Source: the human T2T-CHM13v2.0 reference genome, Homo sapiens
DNA: 64,000 nt
Strand: one strand, 5' to 3'
Assembly (NCBI RefSeq): GCF_009914755.1
Contig: NC_060928.1
Each line of letters starts with the position of its first letter. The stretch's first letter is position 1. The notes below the pieces were generated by a model. That model ran no database searches, was not told where the DNA came from, and saw only the letters and a list, made by a program, of their open reading frames with translations. The translations under genes and the position numbers were made by a program. Below are positions 30,533 through 41,150 of this stretch, one piece after another.

Positions 30533-31400
30533 TGTGTGTTAAAACGAACACTAATTCCGCGCCCAGCTTCTCTCTCCGTCCACCTGCGGCCCAAGAACTT
30601 GTGTTCCCAGATGGTACCAGCGGGGCCCGGCTTATTCCCGAACACATGTGGGGACCTGAAAGGGGCGTCGGGGACTAACCCGCCCAAACCGTGGCAAACA
30701 CTCTGGGAGGCCGACTCGGGCTTGGCCTGTGGCCCGACACACCGCCCCACTCCGCGCACACGCGTCTGTGCCACTTCAGTGGCTTGCAGGACCTCCGGCG
30801 AGGATGAGTCTCCAAACCATCTCAGCCTACTCAACGGCATCTGGGATGTCCCCCTGCCTCTAAGTCAGACCCCAAGAAAGATCTTTGAGGACTTGAGCTT
30901 CACGTTGAAAATCAGTGTGGAAAATGGGGGTGTCAGTGCGGCTGGGGGAGACAAAGGGGCCCAAAAGCTCCCTCCCGTCCGCTCCAGCCCACTTAGTTCA
31001 CCCTCCCACGGGGCGAGGGGCGGGCCGGGGGGCTGAGGTGGGGATGGCCCTGGAAGGGGTCCCTCCCTTCCCACCTCCTACGGCCCATTCTTACTTACTT
31101 TCTCTCGGAGCCTCAGCTTGGCCGCCTTTAGCCCAGGCAGTGCGGAGGGGAAGCGGGGAGGAGAGAGGAGCCTGCGGGCTGCAGCAGCCGGGCAGTCCCG
31201 GAATCTCCGGACTGCGTCCCTGCCCCAAGCCCGCCGGGAACCCGGGCCGTGGACGCCCCCACCCGGGGGCCGCGGCGAGGCGGGCGCGCGGGGTTCAGCA
31301 CCCTCGAGGCTGGTTCCGAAGGCTCGCGGCCCTCCCCCTCCGTCCGCCGCCGTCGCGGCTAGCCGCCCCTCCCCGCCGCAGCAGGGAGGCCGCCGGGGCC
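28295..31400 (-). ncRNA. HHIP-AS1: HHIP antisense RNA 1 (divergent lncRNA; boundaries approximate)
   Basis: Known head-to-head lncRNA at this promoter; minus-strand donors at 31098, 29971, 29767, acceptors at 30323, 29807, 29024 and AATAAA at 28317-28312; no long ORF. Confidence 0.6.
30463..30538. repeat. (GT)24 microsatellite preceded by (GC)n/(GT) alternation
   Basis: tgcgcgcgcgtgcgtgca then GT repeats 30482-30529. Confidence 0.97.
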
Positions 31401-31449
31401 CGGGGGACGCGCTCGCGCGGGGGCCGCCCCCTCCCCTTCCCTCCACCCT

Positions 31450-31523
31450 GGGCGGGGGCGCGCGAGAAGCGGTGACGTCAAGGGGCGCGCTGTGGCAGCA
31501 CCTCCCCGCGCGCTAGTTAAAAA
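31450..31523 (+). promoter_or_regulatory. Core promoter: GC box, full CRE, TATA-like element
   Basis: GGGCGG 31450-31455; TGACGTCA 31473-31480; TTAAAAA 31517-31523. Confidence 0.7.
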
Positions 31524-31547
31524 GAAGAAGAAAAGAGGGAACGAAAC

Positions 31548-32067
31548 ATGAGAGGCTGTGTGAGAAGCTGCAGCCGCCGGCAGAGGAGACCTCAGCATCA
31601 TCTAGAGCCCAGCGCTGGCCCTGCCTCCGCCTGCCCCGCCGCCGCCGTCGCCGTTTCTGTTCCTGCTACTGTCCCACCTAAACAACTCCCGTTACACGGA
31701 CAAGTGAACAACTGTGGCTGTCCTCTCCTTTTCTTCCTCCTCTTCCAACTCCTTCTCCTCCTCCCACTTCCCAGCCGCAGCAGAAAGCCCCCAACCCAAC
31801 TGACACTGGCACAACTGCAAACGGTGTCATCCGCACAACTTTATCTCGCTCCTCGGGCTCCCCTAAGGCATTGGACCCATCGCCGCGTCTTTTATTTTTT
31901 GCAAAGTTGCATCGCTGTACATATTTTTGTCCCCGCCACCTCCCTCTGTCTCTGGAGTGCCCTACAGCCCCGCAAACTCCTCCTGGAGCTGCGCCCTAGT
32001 GCCCCTGCTGGGCAGTGGCGTTCCCCCCCATCCTCCCGCGCCCAGCCCCTGCTGCTCTGGGCAGACG
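31548..32067 (+). other. HHIP: HHIP 5' UTR (start approximate)
   Basis: Lies between a TATA-like element (31517) and the ATG; no ATG from 31551 to 32067; polypyrimidine tract at about 31720-31772. Confidence 0.7.
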
Positions 32068-32346
32068 ATGCTGAAGATGCTCTCCTTTAAGCTGCTGCTG
32101 CTGGCCGTGGCTCTGGGCTTCTTTGAAGGAGATGCTAAGTTTGGGGAAAGAAACGAAGGGAGCGGAGCAAGGAGGAGAAGGTGCCTGAATGGGAACCCCC
32201 CGAAGCGCCTGAAAAGGAGAGACAGGAGGATGATGTCCCAGCTGGAGCTGCTGAGTGGGGGAGAGATGCTGTGCGGTGGCTTCTACCCTCGGCTGTCCTG
32301 CTGCCTGCGGAGTGACAGCCCGGGGCTAGGGCGCCTGGAGAATAAG
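32068..32346 (+). CDS. HHIP: HHIP coding exon 1 (aa 1-93: signal peptide, basic clusters, start of cysteine-rich domain)
   Basis: ATG at 32068 reads MLKMLSFKLLLLAVALGFFEGDAKFGERNEGSGARRRRCLNGNPPKRLKRRDRR...LGRLENK, recognised as the HHIP N-terminus; donor AAG|GTAGGC at 32347; 279 nt, phase 0. Confidence 0.98.
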
Positions 32347-35300
32347 GTAGGCACTCACCGGCTTCACGGATGCGTACTTGGCATATTGGCTGGGTGGGGT
32401 TCCCTGTGGCTCTGGCAAAGCCGGTGGTTGTAAGAAGGTCAAAACTTCTTTGGGGGAGTTCTTTCCATAACTTTTCTATAGCGCTAACGTGATTCCGTTG
32501 TGTGTTCCTCTGGGGTAAGCAAGTAGCATTTCCTCCCCCAGAGTCCGCGGTCGGGATGCTGTGCAAACTTGCCTATCTCTGAAAACAGACGCTTCTGCGG
32601 TACCCGCACCCTGGGCTGGGTAAATATTTTAAAAGAATCGCGATGAACAGTGTGTTTTGGATCGAATGGGGCATTGGCTGCGGTGAAACTGTAAATTAAG
32701 GTGGCTGTGGTTTCCGGCTTATTTTTCTAGGGTAAAAAGATTTGTGCTGTTTTCTCCACGTGCTCGGTTAGGGAGAGGATTGAATCGTAAAGGATGTTGA
32801 AGCATGGTTGGTTTATGATCCCCAGCCCCGTCAGAGGGGGGTGTCTTGCATTACATTAGTTAAACCAACAGAAAGGAACTCCTGGTCCTCCGGTTAGGGA
32901 CCTGAAAAAAACTGGCGAAAGATTTTGCTGGGGCGTTATTTATCACATAAAACTGAGACGATTCTCCGTCATTTTGTAACATTATAAATTCAGACTTTCA
33001 GGGTCAGTTGGTGTCTTGGAAGATCTACTCTAAGAATTTGTTTTAAGAGTAATGGCATTTACGTTATCCTTGTGTTAATAAGTTTAACTAAATACTAACA
33101 TGGTGTTTGTTGACTGTAAAGGCACGCTTGTTTTTGAGTTTGCAATATCGTTCTTGCCAGGAGATGCAGTCATGGGTGGTATCTACTGTACTCCAAGGAA
33201 TCATTGCTGGCTCACATCATTAACAATCACTGCACGTGAAATAAACAATCAGGTGTCTTTGCTCCCCCTCCCTTTCCCCATTTTAGGTTTAATTAAGAAT
33301 TCCTCTGTTAGAACACTGCCAGTTGTCAAGGTCTGAGAGACTCTTGGAAAACTTGTGCTTCAGTCTTGCTGGCCCAGGCATAATAAAAAAAAAAATACCC
33401 AGGCTGAATCTAATTTTTATGCTCAGTTCACGGTAGATTTCACTCTATTCTCATGTAAACAGCTCCTACGAATCAACATATGTGTCTGGGTGGTATCTCT
33501 CACTTTGTTTTGTAACAAAAAGCCATATTGCATCATTTAATTTGCTCAAGTCATGCAAATAGGAAAAAATCAATAGGACAAAAAGGGGTCGACTTATCCT
33601 CCTCCCCACTAAACTGCTGCCCACACACAGAGTCCTGTTGCTTATGGCAAAAGAATAACAACAACACCATTGTATTTGTTAGTTGGTTCACTAATGGGTG
33701 AAACTAGAGAACATCATTCTCTTTCAGTCCCCAGCTCTGTCCAAATGTTCATGCCTTTTGAGGGAGCATTTGTCCAACTCCTTCTATTCCCAGATGAGTG
33801 AGAACTGTCTTGCTGCAGGTTTTCAGCTGCAACTCTCTTTTTATTCTTACCATATGCAGCAGGAGCCTGAGATTCAGGGAACAGATATTCCAGGATTTTA
33901 TTCAAAGCAATGTCTTTAAGCTCCTGTGTTGCAATTGAATTAAGTTTCAAAATAGCTATATTCAGGTCACCTTAAAGGTTTTATCAGGAGCCCTAAAGAA
34001 CCAGGAAATTCAGAGAAAAGTTTAGAAATATTTGCCATTAAGTCTCCCTTGGTGCAATACGTACTATGAATATACTGATGATCTAGAGACCCCTGCAATA
34101 CTCAACTCTTCCAGAGACATGTGGAATGAAAATTTTGTTCTTGACTAAATGGTGAGGAGAAGGGGAAGGGGGATGGGACCAAGGGGAGTTATAGCCCTTA
34201 AGAGAAGTTATATAAAAATTTTTTTAAAGAAATCATTCTTTAGGAAGCAATCTGCCATGTTAACTATATACATTCCTTTCTGTTTTATGTGCTTCCAATC
34301 TCCAACAAACCCCTACTCATTTGGAAAGTGTGTCTGAATTAAGTTTGGTACACTAGACTTTTGCTGGTTCTATTACAAGAGGTTTATAAATCAACAATAC
34401 CCAAATTGTTCAAAACAGAGATTTGCTATAGCTATGCATATGCATTCTTGACCTATGTTAGTTTTCAAGTTTTAATAGTTTTTAAAACATGTTATTTTAT
34501 AATAAACTTCAGTGTTTCCCTTTTTCCCGTAAGCCTTCCTGGATTATAATATATGTTAGGATCTTATTTCATAATGTGTATACAGGAGAGATGATTGCTA
34601 TTTGAAAGGGCCCTTTTTTGTTTATGGAAGAAAAAAAAAAATTCCCCAGAAAGATTTCTGCAGCTTTTCAAGAAACTACAGTAGTAGCTTTTTCCTACAG
34701 GAAGAAATTTCTTAGACAAATAGATAGTAGCAAACTAGGTAGGAATATTAGCATGCTCAGCTATGCAATTAAGTCCTGTTTCTAGGCTAAGAAATTTTTT
34801 TAATGAACTAGAATTGAGTTCAATTCTTTAGCCATGGAATTATGCTCTATTTTAATTTTTTGTATATTTTAATAATGTTGTATATTGTAATAAGATTGTT
34901 AACTACCATGACAAATAAGTACTGTCAAAATTTAGGAAGTCATATTATCTTAGCAATATTTTCGCACTTTCTAAATACAGCATGCTAAAAGGATCTAATT
35001 CTTATTAACCAAACTGAATCTGCAACCAACTGAAATACCCTCATTTCTAAAACTTAACTTGTAGCCACAGAGGCATAGAAGCTCTCTCTACCTTGGGTGG
35101 TTTCACAGCCAAAGCTGTCAAGGAATGGGTGAAAAGTAATTGTTTTCAAGTGTGCCCTTTTACAATCATTTGTTTGCTCTGGCTCTTTCAGGGACAAAGG
35201 CTATTGTTGAACACATCCAACTAAACAAATAACTCATCCTGGGGTCCCTTTAACAGCTGCCTTAGTACAATGATCTATTTACATATTAGCCTAAAATTGA

Positions 35301-38000
35301 AACTGAACTCTTTAATGACATAATCCAGCACTATAGTTCAGAGACACATGTGTTCTATCCAACAGCTGAACAACCTTGTAGGCATATGATTTTTAGAAAT
35401 AACTTTTTGTGTACCAAGTGATCTTAAGGCGACATCTTAATATACTGTCATGTATTTTCTCCTTTTGTCCCCTCATCGAACCCATGTGGCTGCCTTTTGC
35501 CCTCTTTGTTTAGTTACTTGGTAAATAAAGAGAAATACAGAAGGTCTCTGTCACCCATTTTACTATTTGTTGATAAGCTATAGTTGGAGGCCACACTTTA
35601 CTGTGTATCCCCTATTTATCTTACCCTTCTTCTATGGATTTTATTTTCGTGTGGCTAAAGATTAAAGGATGACCTGCCAGATGTTATAAATTAGCAACAG
35701 CCACAATGATTACTAGGCATGCTGTAATAATGTTTCGAAGTTTTACGTGATTTCTGAAGTATATTTAGTTTAAACCACTGTGATGGTTTTGTATACGGCT
35801 TTTAAAAATTGAAACAGGAAATTAGCTTAAATTTCTTCTTAAGATTGACGGCATCATCAGAAATAAAGTTAAGGACCTATATAAGACACAGACACATAGG
35901 CAAAAAAGAGGAAGAAATTACCCTACACACACCCAGCCTCATCTGTCTAAAACACTGTTGCAGCTTTGGCTGAGTCAGTTTAATTGACTTCAGTAAGACT
36001 ATTGGTTCATTGAAACCAAAGCCAGAATGATGGCTCTATCTATCTTCAAATAGGTATTTACACTGCAGACCTCACACAGAGCAAAAATGTTACCATCCTG
36101 CTGGGCCGGAACAGCATGAAACTTTAAAAAGAATAATATTATACTTGATTTCAGATAATTTATTGAATCCTACTTCTGAAATGTTTGATGAGAGATCTGT
36201 GACCAGAACACATTCCAAAAATTGTAAAAGACAAAATTCCTTAGGCACTAAAATCAAGCTCTTCCTGGATAGCAGCTGAGAGAGTATACGAGGATCATTT
36301 TGTTTTCAGCTATAAAAAATGGAAGAATGCATAATCTCCATAAAACCAAAGGTAATTACATTCCAGTTTTTCAGCCAGCAAAAGAGGTGCCTTCAGCATC
36401 CTGCAGTTGTTTTGTTCTTAGTGGACTGCCATATGATAAACAAACAGAATTGCTATATGATAAACAAACAGAACACAGTTGAACACTATTAATTTTAAAT
36501 AGATCTGGTGAGGTCTGCCAGAGTATGGATGATAAAAGGCATTTAAAACATTCTTGGAATGCACATTCTAAGTGTGTAGTGTATGTTTCCTTTTAGAAAA
36601 TTTTATCCATTTAAGCAATTGTTATTTAAATAAATTGATAAGACAGTAAATATAATTGTAATTAATAATAACCTTTCTTTATATTGTAGCTACAACCCAT
36701 TATACATTTTTCCAAAATATGATAACTTCTATTGGACTTGCTGCATACTAAAATTTCAGTATGCTTGTATTCAATTTTTTTCGTTACTTTGCTCTTGCAG
36801 ATTCAAATTTTTGTGATGACCTAGAATATCATTATCCCAAAAATCAGAAGCCATAGATTTACCCAAATTAGAACCTTAATTTGTGAATGGAATATTTGTT
36901 TAAAACAGTGCTCTAGAATTTAAAATGCTAATTTTGGTTGACAGTTCTAAAGAAGTAATAAAGTATAAATATAGATGAATTGGGAAAAGGTATAAAATTC
37001 AATTCCATTATGATGTTTTTAATATAAAAAATCAATACTTGATTTTGACAGCACTACATTTCACATGTCAAATATTGTGTTGATATTGCCTTCTATATAG
37101 ATTAAAGGAGATTCTGAAGTCAGGTTTTTAAAGTTACTGCTAAACAACAAGACCTATTCTGTCCACTAATTGCTAAACTCAATGATTCAATAACTCAAAA
37201 TGGTCTTATTGAAATAAAAGACATGTCATTGTAAAAATTGTGATGAAGGTAAGCCATTTTTCATTAAAATTCACTACATATTATTCAAAAGCACTTCGTT
37301 AAACTCTTGTGTTTATTCATGCATATAACATACCTGAGGACCTAGTTAAAAAATTTTTCCTGGCTAAGATATAATGAATAATAAAAATTGGTTTTAAACC
37401 TGTTTGATTTCACTTTGGATATTATTTTTATAAAACATGAACAGCAAATCCTACTTTAGAAAATTTTCCCTAATGCAGTCTGCAGATTGAAAACTAATTG
37501 AAATTTTAAAAAAATGTAACCCAAGTATATTTTTGACATTATCATATTAAGAATTTCAGGAATGAAATAGATTTTCACATAAGACACAAATAAGCCATGT
37601 CTTGAAAAATTCTGTTTTGCATGCGATTGGACAAAGGTTGGAATTTTAAAGTTAAATATCATTCAGTATATACTTGAGGCAGAATGAAGTGATAAAGGCT
37701 TAAAGAGTCTAAATATAATTGCCTTTTAATTTTTCACACCTGAAGTACAGATGAAATCTTTGATTTGCAGGAATAAGAAGCACTTTTATGTATCCCTGTC
37801 CTTTGTTCTCCCAGCCCAGCTCCAGAGACTATACTTGTATCCTTATAAAGGCATTCTGTATTGTGACACAGTAATTCTTTTCAAAAAACTTCATTGGCTA
37901 AATTAGACTTTTCTACTTACACAATTGCAAAAAATAATAATAATAGCTAAACCTAAATTTACCTACTAAAAAAAGTTTGCTTCTGATTTATGGCTTTCAG

Positions 38001-38193
38001 ATATTTTCTGTTACCAACAACACAGAATGTGGGAAGTTACTGGAGGAAATCAAATGTGCACTTTGCTCTCCACATTCTCAAAGCCTGTTCCACTCACCTG
38101 AGAGAGAAGTCTTGGAAAGAGACCTAGTACTTCCTCTGCTCTGCAAAGACTATTGCAAAGAATTCTTTTACACTTGCCGAGGCCATATTCCAG
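38001..38193 (+). CDS. HHIP: HHIP coding exon 2 (cysteine-rich domain)
   Basis: Acceptor tggctttcag|, reads IFSVTNNTECGKLLEEIKCALCSPHSQ...CRGHIP, donor CAG|GTAAGA; 193 nt, in frame with exon 1. Confidence 0.97.
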
Positions 38194-38659
38194 GTAAGAA
38201 AAAAAAATGCATAAGTAAAATAAACCACTGCACAATATCCTTGTAAGATACTTGTACTTAAATGCTTATTTACAAAACTTGTAAAATTTATCTTGCCTTT
38301 AAAAATACCTATTTTACCTCATAATTAACATTTCCAAATTTATAACTTTTACTGCCTCTAAAGGGAATATTGTAATTTCAGTCTGCAAACATTATAATTG
38401 GTTTTGTTGACTTGTTATATATTTCTTGTTAAGCTGGTAATAACAGCTTAACAGATTACAGGTGGTAATCTTTACACACGTTGGATTCTCAATCCAAACT
38501 CCTCGTTGGTGCCTTCTTTACCATAACATCAGCTTCAATATCAAGGCAGTGTCTTCTTCTACATAGCTGATACATATATATATTGGAGAAAGTCCACTGA
38601 CTTGTAAGATAGATCCTTAAACAAAATATGATTAGGAATCCAAAAAGTAATATCTTACA

Positions 38660-38805
38660 AAGCACTTTCACATAAAATGACTAATTTTCTCCTCAAAAAC
38701 CCTGTAAGCTAGGTAGGAAGAGTGGAGTCCTCTCCAATTGGCAGATGAGGAAATCTGAGCCTTGGGAGAAGTCAAACACCTTAATCAAAGTTATACAATG
38801 AGAAG
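38660..38805 (-). mobile_element. MIR fragment
   Basis: agcactttcacata...cagatgaggaaatctgag. Confidence 0.65.
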
Positions 38806-40914
38806 GTGATAGGAGAGATATGGAATTTCTTATGCATATAGTGTCATGAACATGCCTAGTCACTATTGTAGTTTGGACTCCAATAAGCTTATATATTCAT
38901 TGATTAATTTTTATCATCAAAAATTTGTAAATTTTGGTTGCTGTTGCTTTAGTTGGAAGACTCAACATAGAGGAAGAAAATAATTTAACAAGACATTCTG
39001 TTTAGTTGGGCAAAGTCGCACACAAATCTACTGAAGATTAAGCAGTATTTAAGGAAAAAACAAGCTTTAAGAACCGTAGAATGCACCGAGAGAATTTTTT
39101 TAAGTGCTATGTACATTTTACTTTTTTCTCTGACCCAGGAAAGTGTAGACTTTTGTATTTTTAATATAGCTCTCTTAATAACCTTATAGAACATTTTGAC
39201 TAGGGTTGCTTGCTCCTTTGCATCTAGCATAACATATATCTAAACCCATTCAATATGAAAATATTATTATTGTCTTCATAAACCACAGCCATGTTTCTAA
39301 GCCTTTTCTCAAGCAGCTGTTTCTTCCTCTTTATCACATTCCCCAAAGCAAAGTAGAATAGGTCACGGTTGCCTAGATGGCCTACAAAGAAGTGATAACA
39401 GATTAGATACCATAAATGTTTGCTGGAAACTTCAAGTCTTGAACATTTGCCTTTAGGACTATAAATTGAAAGTGATATCAACACTTAGCATTTTTATTTA
39501 CCATTATCTACTTTAGATAACTACAACATGCTAGATTTGGGGACTTAACTGTGGGGGTCTTTATATATTTGAAGTAATTTTAGCTTCCAAAAACAATAAA
39601 ATAAAAGTAATATCCACTGAAAGAGAGAGCACAGCAAACAGCTCAGAGCCAGAACTGCAAGCACCTCGCTCCCCAGATCAACATATGTGGTGACGAATGA
39701 CAAATTTATTTTTCTACAAAGTTTGTATATATGTAAAACTGCTGAAGTGCATCAAGATGTCAAGTGCTTTTGGTGGCCACCCAGGCTGCTTTGAAAGATA
39801 ACCAGATGAAAGCTCCACTCTAGAAGTGGACAGAGCAGCAACAGTGCTTTCCAGAGACTCTGGAAGGCTTTACTGACAAGCAGAGGGGGCTGCCCCTGCG
39901 TACCTCAAATGCTAATGATCATTCTCAATACTTGCCCCAAAAGTGAGCTGTAATAACACAGTCTTTGCATTACTTATGCTAATCGATTTGTTGCCTGGAT
40001 TGATCCTTGGCATGTAGGTTACCATTTCCTAAAGTACAATAAATAAGATGCTAATCCCCACCCTTCCCTGCCCCTGCCCCCAGCACAGAAGTGTCTTTAC
40101 AATTGTGGAACACAGATTTTTTGGAAATTACTATAAAAGCAAATTTTAATAGTTTTCCCTTAAGTTGATTTAATGATATGGTTCACTTTCCTCTGAAGTT
40201 CAAAGTGTTGGAACAGCTACTTTGTGATTCTTTTTTAGAAGAAACTAATCAACATATTTTGACTATCCTCATTAATAGCTTCATCTTTCTACAAATCAAA
40301 AACTTGAAGAGGAAGGTACCCCGAGGGATGTATTTTGCTAAAAGAAGCCAAATGCTGGAAGAATTGGGAGAGAGAAATGATTCCAGAGACATCTTCATTT
40401 GTTCCCTATTGCCCAATGCATGAAGAAATGTACATATAAATGACTTAACCATTTGCTTTGACTTCATGGCTTTAAGAAAGCACAGTCACTTTAGAATATT
40501 CATATACCTATAAGATAGCTACTTCCTAGAAAGCTTAATTAAGAAATAGTCATAGTCTGCTTATTTTCCCAAAAATGGGAAAAGATATTACAAAGCAATA
40601 TAGTGAGTATATACTAGAGTTTTATTAATCATAATATTTTCCAGTTGTGAATTCACTTAGGGAAGTAAATTCTCAAAACTTCTAAAAATGCCAAAAACTC
40701 TCCACTTGTTTCTGCAGGACTTTTCTTCTGCTTAACTGAGCAGGGTACCTACTTTGCTAGTCACTAAAAGAAGGCATAACACACTCTATGGGAAGCATAT
40801 CAATGGACGTCTATTGGCCTTGCTTCTTCCTCTGTACCTGTAGTCATAATGATGTTTATCACTCTTCGACCTCATCTTCTCAGCAGTAGGTTATTGTAGC
40901 GTGAAATGTCTGCA

Positions 40915-41150
40915 CACAATTAGTTCAATTGGTATAATCCTATTGCTAAGAAGGCCAAGGTCAAGGGTTTGATTCAACTGAATTTTCTAGTCCATAGCCA
41001 TTCCTAACCCCGGCCAGTTAGCTTACACATGTGTCTTCTTAGTCCCAAGGAGAGTAAACCAGAAGGAATAAACAGATGGATATATCAAAATCCACCACTT
41101 CTATCAGAATATGTTCATGAGTAAGTCTTACTCATGAAGAGTCAGTAACT
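40915..41150 (+). mobile_element. Ancient tRNA-derived SINE (MamSINE1-like)
   Basis: tRNA-Ile-like head tagttcaattggt...tgctaagaaggccaaggtcaagggtttgattc followed by cctaaccccggccag body motif. Confidence 0.65.

Larger units (their letters stand above)
30450..32650. promoter_or_regulatory. CpG island / bidirectional promoter of HHIP and HHIP-AS1
   Basis: Very GC- and CpG-dense against an AT-rich background; spans exon 1. Confidence 0.92.

Noticed and set aside
30300-31601. Stacked 100-190 aa ORFs on both strands
   Set aside because: Explained by the GT microsatellite and stop-poor CpG island; low complexity, many with non-ATG starts
31927-32067. 47-aa in-frame N-terminal extension of HHIP
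   Set aside because: Starts at TTG in poor context and would displace the signal peptide; no support from the sequence alone
32347-32433. Intron-1 read-through tail
   Set aside because: Reasonable donor and no nearby polyA signal; short open frames past donors are expected
38194-38246. Intron-2 read-through with AATAAA at 38219-38224
   Set aside because: Strong CAG|GTAAGA donor, and the signal lies before the stop codon
40915-40980. Possible tRNA-Ile gene
   Set aside because: Acceptor stem and anticodon arm are degenerate and SINE body follows; called a SINE head
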